Assembly (NCBI RefSeq): GCF_006345805.1
Contig: NC_043010.1
Location: forward strand, 51,770,001 to 51,834,000
DNA: 64,000 nucleotides
Origin: Octopus sinensis
Lineage: Eukaryota
Reading direction: 5' to 3'
Position 1 is the stretch's first letter, and the number at the start of each line of letters is the position of its first letter. Positions 50,632 to 63,684 of this stretch are shown in pieces. Both the position numbers and the translations under genes were made by a program. Below the pieces are notes generated by a model that saw nothing but the letters and a program-made list of their open reading frames with translations, searched no databases and was not told where the DNA came from.

Positions 50632-51190
50632 GTATTATATAAAATCCGTTCTGTCTGTCTGTGTGTCTTCTAGGATCTTGGGCATCCTCCATCCGATTGC
50701 TCAAATGTGATATATAGACACCTACGGTATCAGGGCGTGTATAAGTCTTGAAAAAATTTCAAAAATCGATTCCAGGTGAGAATGCGATCGATAAAGCCAA
50801 GAGAACGTGCATTTGTACATGCAAGGACATCAGCTGTTGCGTTCGATACAACGCGTACGCGAGAAAAATGCACGTGCAGTTTGCGCAAAAAAAGCCGTCT
50901 GGCTTGAAACAATGCCACAAAATGCAGTATATTTAAGAGACAAAAAAAATTTGGTTTAAATGTTTGACAACTCAGCACCGTCCATTGACGGGCAGGGGCG
51001 TTTTGCTCGTATATATATATATATATATATGACGGACTTCTTTCAGTTTCCGTCCACCAAATCCTTTCACAAGGCTCAGGTTGGCCCGAAGCTATCGTAG
51101 TAGACACTTGCCCAAGGTGCCCATGCAATAGAACTGAATCCGGAACCATGTGGTTGGGAAGCAAGCTTCTTACCGTAGAGCCACGCCTAT
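50398..51190 (-). mobile_element. SINE family A split by a Helitron-like insertion
   Basis: Tail 50398-50600, head 51030-51190. Confidence 0.8.
50631..51009 (+). mobile_element. Non-autonomous Helitron-like element
   Basis: A|TGTATTATATAAAATC..GTCTGTCTG start (TC degenerate); 3' hairpin CCGTC-CATT-GACGG 50978-50991; CTCG|T end (CTAG degenerate). Confidence 0.6.
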
Positions 51191-51628
51191 ATATATATAT
51201 GTGTGTGTATGTGTGTGTGGTGGAAGTCCTGGGTATGACATTAAACTACATCTGGTAGCGGGGTCTGATTCAGAAGTTTCAGGATTTCGAGGAGTGTAGA
51301 ACCACCACCTTAGTCACTATATGTTCCCAGGTTTTCTATTCTGACCCAGAGTAGTAGCACCTGCCAGGGTACCAGCTATAGGTTAACCCATGTACTGACA
51401 ACGGGGAGTGAAGGACCCCTTACATCTAGTTAGAACTTCCTTCTAAAAGGTAAACTCGTATAAGATTTTAAAAAAAACTGAAGTGTAGTTGGTTTCTGGT
51501 CGTATCAACCTCCATTGTGTCACTGGTGATTTTGCTTGCACAACACTTTACCGACTCGAGACAAATTCATGAACTTGGCCTCTTGATTCTAAAGAGTCAT
51601 CCTACTCTGTTACGAGTCGACTTCCATC

Positions 51629-51708
<80 letters not shown>

Positions 51709-52274
51709 CTTCTATTCTTTTACACGTTTCAGTCATTTAGCTGCGGCCATGCTGCAGCACCGCCCTAAAGGGTTTTAGTCGAAGAAATCTACCCCAGGAA
51801 TTATTATTTGTTAGCCTAGTACTTATTCTATCGGTCTATTTTGCCGAACTGCTAAATTACGGGGGCATAAACACACCTTCATGTTTGACGCACTCAACTA
51901 AATGAGTCCACCACAGCTTACAGTGGAAACAGCTGTAAGCTAACGAAATTCAGACGACAATCGTTTATTCCTTTGTCACCTCATTTTCTTTCACACACGC
52001 ACACATAGTTCGAAACGGCAGTAAAGAAGGACTCTGACGAAACTGCAACGAACATGAGACCACGTTGCAGATCTAACAAGGGTGCAGTCGATGCAGTTGA
52101 AACGCACGTAGGTGCAGAAAAGGATGCTGTAAATAACTGATTAATAAAATTAGGGATGTGAAAAATCTCCGTTCTCCTTATCATTATTAATATTATCGCA
52201 CCCAAGATTTTTCAGTTAAAATCGAGTATAAAATAATCCGCTTTTACATAAGTACATACATATAGATGTGCACA

Positions 52275-52356
<82 letters not shown>

Positions 52357-52364
52357 TATATAAC

Positions 52365-52398
<34 letters not shown>

Positions 52399-53059
52399 AT
52401 ATATATATATTTATAATGTACACATATATATGCAATATATATATACACATATCTTTATAAGTTTACGGTTTATACATAGATGCATACATGCATGTATGCA
52501 AGCACACATTTATGTATAAGTCGCATCCGTTTTCTTTTTCTTTTTTTTTCGGCGGGGGTGGGGTCAATATGACATATGACCAACGTTGAACCCCTTATTA
52601 TTATTATTATTAAAAATCATGTACAACTTTATATATGACAAAATACTGTACCTTTTTTCGTTTTGTCCCCTTCGCTTCTCTCTACACTCACACTCCCCCC
52701 CTTCTAACTCCGCTTATAGTCACTCTCTGGTAATAGTCATATCTCTCTAACATGATAATTCTTTATAACCATTATTTGCTTACAGTCACACAATTTTATT
52801 TTTTTATTTATATTTTTACTCCTTTCATATATATCCTTACATCTCTGCTTGTCTCTCTCCCCACCACCACCACCATCTGCTTAAAGTCATCATCATATTC
52901 TTACTTATCACTTCGCTTAAAGTTATCTTTATATATATATACATATATATATAGTACTTATCACTCCACTTTAGTTATCTTTCTACTTTCACTACACTTC
53001 GCTGAATGTCATCTTTTATATATAAATATACATATAAGAAAATTACTTTAAGCGAAGTG

Positions 53060-53097
<38 letters not shown>

Positions 53098-53344
53098 CCA
53101 CTCCTTGCAACCGCTTTCCTTTCAAAAGGATCTCCATACCTATATGAATCCATATTCAGTAACTCCGCTTACAGTCAATGTCTAATGCACATACAATCAT
53201 ACGTTACTGGGCGTGGCTGGGGTACTGACATGTATGTGCAAAACTGGTAACAGACTCAGGCTAGATGTGAAATATATGTCCATTTTTATTACGTAATAAC
53301 CCCCACCCATACACACACACACACATACATCTCCAGCTCCCGGC

Positions 53345-53569
53345 CAGATGTGAGCTATATAACCCTTTCCAGCTGGCAACAACCCGGCAGGTCAGATGTG
53401 ACATCTACGTTATGTTCCATATCATTAACGTCATATCACCACCTTTTGCAGTTTCAGCTTGGTAAATCAACTGGTAGTTGTCCCAGGACAGCTGTGAAAT
53501 GTATGCACTGGTTGAAAAAAACAAAACTGACATTGCACCAGACGTGATATCTAAGCCCTAATTCAACTG
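53345..53569. promoter_or_regulatory. Cluster of six E-boxes (CANNTG), candidate enhancer
   Basis: CAGATG 53345, CAGCTG 53370, CAGATG 53393, CAACTG 53468, CAGCTG 53489, CAACTG 53564 in non-repetitive sequence. Confidence 0.35.
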
Positions 53570-54274
53570 GCAACAAGTCCAAGCAGAACCTAAATGCAGG
53601 GATCATTTCAAACTGCTCCTTAATATTTCAGTAATCAGAGTTGAATACATATTACTTATACATGGGCTACAGGTGTGTATGTGTATGGTGCATGTAGTAT
53701 ATATGAAGCATTTATATGAAACAGAACAAAATAAAAGGACTAGAACGAGTCATTAAAAAAAATATCAACACTAATTAGTCATCAAAGGGTCTCCCTCTTT
53801 GCTTCCAAATCAGTCGTTCTCAAGCATCTCTTTGCCTGTGTGGACCCTTTTGATTCCTATTCTACTCGAATGGCCCCTCATAGCCATTTGATGTTTAAAA
53901 ATCCCATCATATTTTTATAATTAAATGCTATTAGGAACTGTATAAAAAAAAAATTTTAATATTTTGTGTATTGTAGAAAAATAACCGGTTTAACGCGCAA
54001 TCTTACTTGGACCCTTAAGGGTAACAACCTTTGTCCTGTTTAATTCTGATAGGGGAAAATAGACTTATATATATATATATATATATTAAAAAAAAACAAA
54101 GTACTCGACCAACTGACATACCTGCCTTCTTACTTCGTTCTCTTATAGCTTGGCTACAAGTGGTGTATATATATTATACACAATCTGTGCGTTTTACTAG
54201 GGCAATAATCTTGGCTTATTAATAATCAATCACTTGGAATGGTCTTATATATAATTCACGTTTGTAAAAATAAT

Positions 54275-54740
54275 TCTTTCTGTTATAGGCACAAAGCCTG
54301 AAATTTTGGGGGGGAATGAAGCTCGGCGATAAGATCAACTCAAATATTCAATTAGTACTTATTTTATCGACCACGAAAGGATGAAAGGCAAAGTCGACCT
54401 TGGCGGGATTTGAATCCAGAGCGTAAAGAGCCGGAAGAAATTTGACCGGGGCGCTAACGATTCCGCCAGCACGCCGCTTTAATAATAATAATGATGATGA
54501 TGATAATGATGATGATCCTTTCTGCTACAGGCTCAAGGCTTGAAATTTTTAAGGGAGGGGCATAGTCGATTACCTTTGACCCCAGTACTCAACCGGTACT
54601 TATTTTAACGCCCCCCCCCCCACGAAGCATAAAAGGCTAAGTCGACCTTGACGACATTTGAACTCAAGCACGCGATGAGTAGGAAGAAATTGCCGTTAAG
54701 CGTCCGACAAGTTAGCAATTCTGCTTTGCTCGCCGCCTTA
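54275..54740 (-). mobile_element. Two head-to-tail SINE-B (short-tail) copies separated by AAT/GAT repeats
   Basis: Cores at 54393 and 54641; heads end CGCCGC(C/T)TTAATAATAAT. Confidence 0.82.
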
Positions 54741-55816
54741 ATAATAATAATAAAAACTAATGGTTTAATTTTTTTTTTTTTTTTGAAATGCTTCATTTCG
54801 CTTATAAACACTTAAGCGAAAGCGGTGTAGTAGTAAAGACTCATTCGTTATTCAGTTTACAGTAATTTTAACAATCAACTTCTAAAAAATAACCTGATCA
54901 CTCACATACACTGCTTACAGTCACACTTTATTGGATTTTCATGTTATTTTTTTTCAGTATTTTTCTCTTGGCATAACTTTCACTTACGATCACACGTAAT
55001 TTTTTAATAAGGGGAACCCAAGAAGCGAGGTACGGTGGTTGTTTATTGACGTTGTTCTCCTTCATGCACACATTGCAGTCACACCTTTTTTTTATATATT
55101 TTCGTGAGAAGGGGGTGAGGACGTGTATAAGCTGTACGGAAAGCTTTACATTTGAATTTTTCTTTTTTCGCTTGTCTTGCAGTTGTTAACAACGTTTTAA
55201 TCGTATCTTTCGTAACATTCTCATATTTTCCACTTAACAATATTTTTCACTGATCTAAGTGAATTTAACGACCAATTAATAATAGTCACACTATCGCTTT
55301 ATTATATATATTTCACAGCCTTTATTTATTTATTTATTTTTTACGGATACAGGAGAGTTAGATTAAAGAAAGAACGGATTAACTATGTTAATTAGCTTAA
55401 CATCCGCTAGATTTTTTTTTTTAAATTTAATTAAAGTCAATCATAGACACACCGTTCTTTACAATCACACTTAATGACTATTCTGTGCAGGTGGTACAGA
55501 CTATAGTGTTGTTGCTGTTGGTGTCGGAGGCGGCGGTGGTTGTAACTGTAAGAGCGGTTGGATGGATGGATGGACGGTGAAAGAGAATGAGGTACGAGAA
55601 AATAAATTAGGCATATACACACGTAACATCTGATGTGACAGTATCAGGAGCCTGGTTGTATATAATATTATGTATGTGATAATCCGATGTGATTATCAAA
55701 TGAATTTGTTGGTGAGTTCGATAGGTGTGTGTGTGTGTATATGCAGTATACATGCATAATATATATGTATGCAGTATGTATACATTCTCTTTCTTTCTCT
55801 CTCTCTCTGTATATAG

Positions 55817-55864
<48 letters not shown>

Positions 55865-56006
55865 CCGGAGTAAACACATAAATGTGAAACAAGGTGGAAA
55901 AAAGAGTACTCAAATACCAGTGGTAGAGTAGCAAAACTGTCTGATGAACGGCAACGAGAAACTCAGAGTAACAGATTTTGTTGAATTTTCTGCTGCTTTA
56001 AATAAA

Positions 56007-56038
<32 letters not shown>

Positions 56039-56665
56039 TGACAGCAAGAGCGACAGAGAGATAGTGATCACTAGATCGATACATAGAGACAGAAAACATA
56101 CACAGATACAAACATATAGATGGACAAATCAATATATATAAAGTAAGAGAGAGAGAGAGAAAGAGAGAGAGACAAACACATCGATAGATAGACGAGGAGA
56201 TCAATGAACAAATCGATAAAAAAAAAAAATAGCCGAACAAAGTAAACCAATAGATAGGGAAAATATACAAATCGTTGTGACAACGACAGGTAGAAAAAAC
56301 AGAATAAAAGAAACAGGTAGATAGATCAATATGTATGCAGGTGTGTGTGAGTGCATATATGTATGTATGTTTGCATGCATGTATGTATGTATGTATGTAT
56401 GTATGTATGTATGTTTGCATGCATCTATGTATGTATGTATATAGACAGATCGAGGAAAGTAATAATATATAGATTCATAATAATTAGAGAGAGAGAGAGA
56501 AAGAATGAGAGAGATCGGTGTAAAGAAATGAGAAAGAGAGACACGAAGAGAGAAAATGATAGACAAGCGACAGACAGTTGAATATAAACAGCTTGACGAA
56601 TAGCTGGTTGGATTATTACATATAAACAGCGGAAAAGCTAAGGTGATAAAGGCCGCCGTTCTTAC

Positions 56666-56708
56666 CTCCGAGAATCAGCACACGAGCACGCCGTCCACCA
56701 TCGGCCAT
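56666..56708 (-). CDS. Probable first coding exon, MADGGRRARVLILG(G); possibly the start of a Rossmann-fold (NAD/FAD-binding) enzyme
   Basis: AACATGG Kozak context, 43 nt (phase 1), strong donor CGGAG|GTAAGA, CpG-rich unique sequence; basic residues then VLILG fit a beta1-Gly motif; no downstream exon identified. Confidence 0.5.
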
Positions 56709-56759
56709 GTTAGTCATTCCAAATCATGTGACTGAAAACTCTTTGCAGACAGACCGGCA

Positions 56760-57248
56760 GGGAGGGGAGGGAGAGAGGGAGGGAGGGAGGGAGGGAGGAT
56801 TGAGTGTGTGTGGGGGGAAGGGAAGGTAAGGAGAAGGAGAGAGGGAGAGGGAAGAAGGGGAGGAAGAGGAGGATAAGGTTTGAATGAACTAGAGGGAAAA
56901 GGGGAAGAGGAGGAGGAGGAGGAGGGGGATTTTGGGCGGTTTTTCTTTTTTTTTTTTCTTTTCAGTTTTGAAAAAGCGAGAGGAAAGTGGGAGGGAAAAG
57001 GAAAGTGCAGCAACGGCAGCAGCAGCAGCAAAGGGGAAGAAGAAGAAGAAGAAGAAGAAGAAGAGGAACAATAACAACAACAACCACAACAAGAAAATGT
57101 TGCTGCTGCTAATCGTGATGTTGATGGTGGTGGCTTCTGTTGTTTTAACTGAGGTTGTCAGTGGCAGTGGAGAGTTGGAGGTGATAATAATAATAATAAT
57201 AATAACAATTATTATTATTATTGTTGTTGTTGTTGTAGAAGCAGCAGC

Positions 57249-57282
<34 letters not shown>

Positions 57283-59505
57283 ACGACGGTGGTGGTGGTG
57301 GTTGAGGTGATTGAAGTAGAGATAGTCTTAGCGGCGGTGGGGGGGGTGCGATGGTGGTTACTGTTGATGTAACTAAGGTTGTTGGTATCGTTGGTGGTGG
57401 TGGTGGTGGTGGTGGTGGTGGTGGTAGTGGTAGTCAATGGAACAAATAGTGCTGGTGGTAGTGGTGAAGGAGCTGATGGTTATGACGGTGGTGGAGAAAG
57501 CGGTGATGGTGGTGATGGCGGTAGTGATTGTCCTAGCGATAATAGTGCTAGTTGAGTTGGCGGCGGCGGCGGTGGTGGTGGTGGTGATGGTTGTCGTTGT
57601 TGTTGGTGGTGGTGTGGTGGTGATGAGCGGGTAACTTGAATTGTGGTGGCGATGGTGATGGTAATAATGATAGTGATAGCGGTGGTGGTGATGATGGCGG
57701 TGGGGGTGGGGTGGGGGTGGGGCTGGCGATTGAGTTTTATTGATGGTGATGATGGTGGTGGATGCGAAGATGGTTGCAACATTGGGGTGAAACCGATGGT
57801 GAGCAGCGGTGATGTACTTTAGCCCTAGGTCAACCTGGTCGAGCAAAAACTACGCCGAGTCTTTGATCTGATCAAAGGCATTCCAGCCATGACGATCACT
57901 GTGATTTTAAGGTATACGGAAGAAGACTACATTTACGCTTGTCTGTGCTCATTACGAAGGTAAGACGTAACCAGGGGGAAATTTGACTGCTATGTCTAGC
58001 AGGTTGTTTGACCACATAGAGGATCCTTATTGGCTCAGAGGTCGTCATGGTGGTGGTGATAGTGGGGGGGTGACGATGGTCGTGGTGGTGATGGTGGTGG
58101 CGGCAGTGGTGGTGACGACGAAGATGGACTTCGTAAGGAAGACAGCGACAGTAACGTGATCAATGCAGCAGTAGTAGTGGTGGTGGTGGTGGTAGTGGTG
58201 ATGGTGGTGGTGGTGGTGGTGGTGGTGGTAGTAGTGGTAGTAGTAGTAGTAGTAGTAGTAGTAATTTGTAAGGTGGTGGTGGTAGTGGTGAAAGGAGTGT
58301 GCAGATAGATATTGGTTTAGTTTAAAGGGAGGAGCAACGGGGTGAAATGTAAATGGTGGTGGTTGGTGGTGGTGACGTCGATAGAGATAGTGAAAGTGAT
58401 AGTCGTAGTGATGGTGGTGGAAGTGGCAGTGATAGGGAGGGGGTAGTTTTGCTGATAGTGATGGTAGTAGACATTTATGTTGTTGTTGTTGTTGTTGTTG
58501 ACGGCGGCGGCGGCGGTGGTGTCGGTAGTAATGGTGGTGGTGGCGGCGGCGGTGGTGGTAGCGTCAGCTATGGCGCATATGATGGTGATGATGATGGTAG
58601 TGGTGGTGATGATGGTGGTGATGGTGGTGGCAGCGGTGACGGCTGAGGTAGTGATCGACTTGATAGTGGTAGTGATGGAGAATGGTAGTTGTGGTGGTGG
58701 TGGGGATGATGGTGGTGGTGGTGATGATGGTGGTGGTAGTGGTGGTGGTGATGGTGATGATGGTGGTGGAGGTGATGATGGTGGTGATGGTGATGATGGT
58801 GGTGGAGGTGATGATGGTGGTAGTGGTGGTAATGGTGGTGGTGGTTGCAGCGGCGGTGGCTGAGGTTGGTGATCGAAATGATAGCAGTGGTAGTGATGGA
58901 GAATGGTGGTGGTGGTGGTGTGGTGGAGGCGATGGTGGTGGTAGTGATGGCGGGGATGGTGGTATGTAGTAACGATAGTATTTATCGTTCGTTACTATTA
59001 TTGCTATTACTATTTAGCCACAGGTCAATCCTGATGCAGCAGACAGATCTATTATTGATCAAAGGCATACCATCTGTGTCCATCGCGTCTTTGTTCCTAT
59101 ATGCAAGGTAATACCCAGCATCACATAATTAAACGAGACGGCAGCGCTTGATTTCAGGAAGATTTTGGCTGCTATTTCTAGCAGATGGAGCGATTGCTTC
59201 GGAAGCTCGTTAACTCAATGGCAGTGGTGGTTGTGTTGTTGTTGGCTGCGGCGGCGGCGGTTGTGGTGGTGGTGGTGGTGGTGGTAAGAGGGAGTGGTGT
59301 TGAAAGATGAGGGGGTTGGCGTTGGGGTAGGAGCTGTTGTTTAAGATTGTAGTGGTAGCTGTAGTAGTGATACGCGGTGGATGTAATAATGATTGCAAGC
59401 AGCGGCGGTGGTGGTCGTCGTGGTCATGGTGGTCGTTGTGGTCGTCGTGGAGGGAGACGGTGACGGGGGCGGAGAAGGAAAGAGCGATTGGAGCAGGCGG
59501 AGCAG
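56760..59505. repeat. Purine-rich and GGT/GTA/GGC trinucleotide low-complexity region
   Basis: Direct reading; source of the poly-Val/Gly/Thr ORFs. Confidence 0.92.
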
Positions 59506-59605
59506 NNNNNNNNNNNNNNNNNNNNNNNNNNNNNNNNNNNNNNNNNNNNNNNNNNNNNNNNNNNNNNNNNNNNNNNNNNNNNNNNNNNNNNNNNNNNNNN
59601 NNNNN
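59506..59605. other. Assembly gap (100 N)
   Basis: Run of exactly 100 N, typical of a gap of unknown size. Confidence 0.98.
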
Positions 59606-59729
59606 TAGCTTTGAGTCTCTACATCTACAAGGAAAGTTAGAAGGTCTGAAAGATGAGCTAGTTTTTGATGAAGTTTCTCTATATGTCTCCATTGAAGTCT
59701 AATGTCGGCTCCGTACCAATTAGATAATA

Positions 59730-59944
59730 CAGTTCTATATTTAAGAGATAAGGAACTATGTACATTATTTACATTATTTACAATTTGAACTCAGGTTCGA
59801 AATTTCCCAAGACACCTGATGAAGGCTGCAGGGTATATCAGCCGAAACGTTATGTTAACAACAAACAAGATAAGGACAAATATCCGTCCATTGTAAATAA
59901 TGTCAATAATGTACATAATTCCTCATCTCTTAAATATAGAACTG
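59730..59944 (+). mobile_element. Penelope-like pseudo-LTR with a 53-bp terminal inversion
   Basis: 59730-59782 is the reverse complement of 59892-59944; hammerhead motif in between. Confidence 0.65.
59811..59856 (+). ncRNA. Minimal type I hammerhead ribozyme motif
   Basis: GACAC-CTGATGA-AGGCTG..CAGCC-GAAA-CGT-T-ATGTT; palindromic zero-loop stem III ACGT. Confidence 0.7.
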
Positions 59945-60064
59945 GAATGCTAATGATGATGATATTTGTAAGTAAGTTTATATGTGTACACAGAGAAATA
60001 AGCTTATGTATTTCTTTAGATATAATACCTATGTATATTTATATATATATATATATATATATGT

Positions 60065-60302
60065 GAGTATGTGCTATGTGCGGCCATGCTGGGATACAGC
60101 CTTGAAGGGTTTTTAGTTAAGCAAATTGACCCCAGGACTTTTTTTTTTTTTGTAATGCCTAGTACTTATTCTATGTTGCAAGCCATAAACACACCAACAC
60201 CAGCTGTCGAGTGGGGGAGGGGACAGACACAGACACAAAGACACACACACGTAGATATATATGTACATACATATCTACATACATTATATATATATATATA
60301 TC

Positions 60303-60333
<31 letters not shown>

Positions 60334-60545
60334 ATCTGTGTTTGCCCCCTCATCTTCACTTGACAACCGATGCTGGAGTGTTTACGTCCCCGTAACTTAG
60401 TAGTTCGGCAAAACAGACCGATAGAATAAGTACTAGACTTACAAAAAATAAGTCATGAGGTCGATTTCTTCAACTAAAAAAAAAACCGTATAAGGCCGTG
60501 CTCCCGCATGGCCGCAGTCAAATGATTGGAGCATGTAAAAGAATA
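60065..60545. mobile_element. Inverted pair of SINE-A tails around (TA)n
   Basis: Minus copy 60065-60240, plus copy 60325-60545. Confidence 0.8.
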
Positions 60546-60864
60546 AATGAAAAAGGAACACACACACACACACACACACACACGCGCGATTACTTATGTA
60601 CATTGCTAAATCTTGTTATCCAAGGGACACAACTTGAACTTTTCCTTTTTGATGTACGTCAGTAGTTCTTAACCGAGGATCATATGCACCTTAAGGGTCT
60701 ATATGACTTTTGGAGGTCCGTATTACCCTTTTGGCTTGCATACGATCCTGGATGTCCGTATAAGATTATGTTGCTTAAATTATTCGCAATAAACTGGTTT
60801 TATTTCTGCAATGTATAAAATGTTTTAACAATTTTGTAATGCAATTCTTTATAATATACTTTTA

Positions 60865-61380
<516 letters not shown>

Positions 61381-61419
61381 ATCTTTAAATTTTTTAATTG
61401 TTTCAGCTTTAAAGTTGTG

Positions 61420-62156
61420 GTCATGGTGGGGCACCACTGTTGGCTGTGCCACACCTTCATTATTTGAAACCCCTTCTGATATGTGGCATTTGGTGAATGA
61501 GGGAGTTTGATGCTGCTGCCCTCATCTGTGTTTCTTGGCGTGAGGTAGGAAGAGATCCAGTTTGTTTTGAAGACACCTATTTCCACACCATGCAGGTCTC
61601 TCAGTCATTTTGGAAGAATATTGAAGAGCTGTGGGCCCTTGAAACCCAAGCTGTTGCAGTATCTGGTCCTGTATTTTGATGGTAATGTTGGGATTCTTGG
61701 CACTATGCTGTGGTGTCCCAATCTGTTGTTTGAGTAACTTTCAATGCCAAAGTTTGGTACAAGGCCTTCCAGGATTTTCCAGATGTATATCACAATATAT
61801 CGTTCCCAACATCGTTCTAGGGAGAAGAGTTAACACATCTGTGTTTCCTGTCGTGAGGTAGGCTCATCTGGAACCCCTGGAAGGAGGAGATCCAGACACC
61901 TATTTCCACACCATGCAGGTCTCTCAGGCATTTTAAAAGAACATTGAAGAGCTGTGAGCCCTTGAAACCCAAGCTGTTGCAGTATCTGGTCCTGTATTTT
62001 GATGGTAATGGTGGGATTCTTGGCACTATGCTGTGGTGTTCCGTTCTGTTGTTTGAGTAACTTCCAATGCCAAAGTTTGGTGCAAGGCCTTCCAGGATTT
62101 TCCAGATGTATATCACAATATATCGTTCCCAACATCGTTCTAGGGAGAAGAGTTAA
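61420..62156 (-). mobile_element. CR1-like LINE 3' fragment, tandemly duplicated
   Basis: LFSLER.WERYIVIYIWKILEGL.PNFGI..NSLGFKG.QLFN.L..LRDL..PDEP in two copies (61523-61833, 61836-62156). Confidence 0.85.
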
Positions 62157-62339
62157 GATTTTTTAAATATCGAATAGCTATGAGGGTCCACTTGAATAAA
62201 AGAGGAATCAGAGGGGTCCATAGGTAAAAAATCGTTGAGAACCTCTAATCTAGACAGATTTTTTTCTACCCCATATAAAACTTTGAATTTAACTTGGAGG
62301 AATGACATTTCCTGGGATGAATAAATGACAACATAATTA

Positions 62340-62890
62340 TTGCCTCCACATGGGAACAAAACTTTTTTGCAGCTGCTGCAACCTCCGCCCTTTTGATTTT
62401 GCGTGTCACATATGCAATGCAGGTCTTCAAACTGTTGACACTCGAGTGTGGTGAAGCATTAGTCCCTGCTTAAAGTATGCTCCATAAAAAGTAATCAAAA
62501 ATGTTGAGATCTGGGATATTACTGGGCCAGATGTTGGCCCTCGCAAAAGCTGACATCTTCTCACCGAGGAAGTCCTGTGTTGTTTTTGACCCATGACATG
62601 GAGCAGAATCCTGGCTAAGCACCACATTGTCAAGCCCAAACTTCTGCTCCATCTAAGGTAACATAGAGTTCTTCAGGATATCCAGATACTCCTTTGTGCC
62701 AATCTTCAAGCCAGACTAAATGAAGTGTGGATCCATGACACTTCCATTACTCATCACGGCTCTAAATAACATCACAGAGGTAGGATTCTTAGTCTCAAAC
62801 AAGGGGGAACATCAGAAGGGTCGTATGCAATCACTCGAATATTTCTGCAATTCACCTCAGCAACAACAGTGAACAGAGAATAGATGCACT
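62340..62890 (-). mobile_element. DD37D (maT-family) transposase remnant
   Basis: TKNPTSVMLFRAVMSNG..LKIGTKEYLDIL..QDSAPCH..WPSNIPDLNIFDYFLWS; 37 residues between the second and third catalytic Asp. Confidence 0.85.
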
Positions 62891-63635
62891 CATATATCTG
62901 TCAGTAGAGTGGGTATATTATCCGAAATGCATAGTATTAAATATCCATCACAGCTCATCTTGCTAATCAGTTTCGCCCTTCCAAATCAGCTAACTCTGAT
63001 GAGTGTAAAGTTATATAATCGGATTGTTACCTGAAACTCCATTCTATTCTCTACATGAAACTGATTGGTAAGATTAGCCATGATGGATATTTAATACTAT
63101 ATGCACACACACACACACATTTATTTTGGTTCTTCAGTGCCAATATCTTTGCAGAGGAGAGAAAGAAATACTGTTATATTTCAGGATGGTCATTTTTATT
63201 TTGTTTTTCTTGCCAAATAAACACATGCACTATATATATTCATTCTTTACTCATTTATTGTTGTTTTTATTTTTATCTCATGTCAATTGTCTGGAAATTG
63301 AAGACACTTTAAAGCTGTCCACTGTCTAGAAATATTTTGTCACAAAACTGTGTTGAAGACAGCTTTAAAGCTGTCCGTTGTCTGGAAATCTTTCGTCACA
63401 CTTGTGTTTAGTCCATTCTCAGAATGGACTAAACAGAACAGGAGGAAACACGTGGATGGAAGAGTTGCTGAAGATGTCACAGATGTGTGACAAAAGATTT
63501 CCAGACAATGAACATAAGATAAAATAAGAACAATAATAAACAAGTGAAGAGTAAATACAGTGTGTGTGTGTGTGTGTGTGTTTATGTGTGTGTAGTGTGT
63601 GTGTGGTGTGTGTGTGTGTGTGTGTGTTTATGTGT

Positions 63636-63684
<49 letters not shown>

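Noticed and set aside
53125-53160. GFI motif as continuation of VLILGG
   Set aside because: Followed immediately by TAG and lacks an acceptor.
62950-63050. Hammerhead-like CTGATGA..GAAAC on both strands
   Set aside because: Stem III and cleavage triplet are missing; at best a degraded relic.
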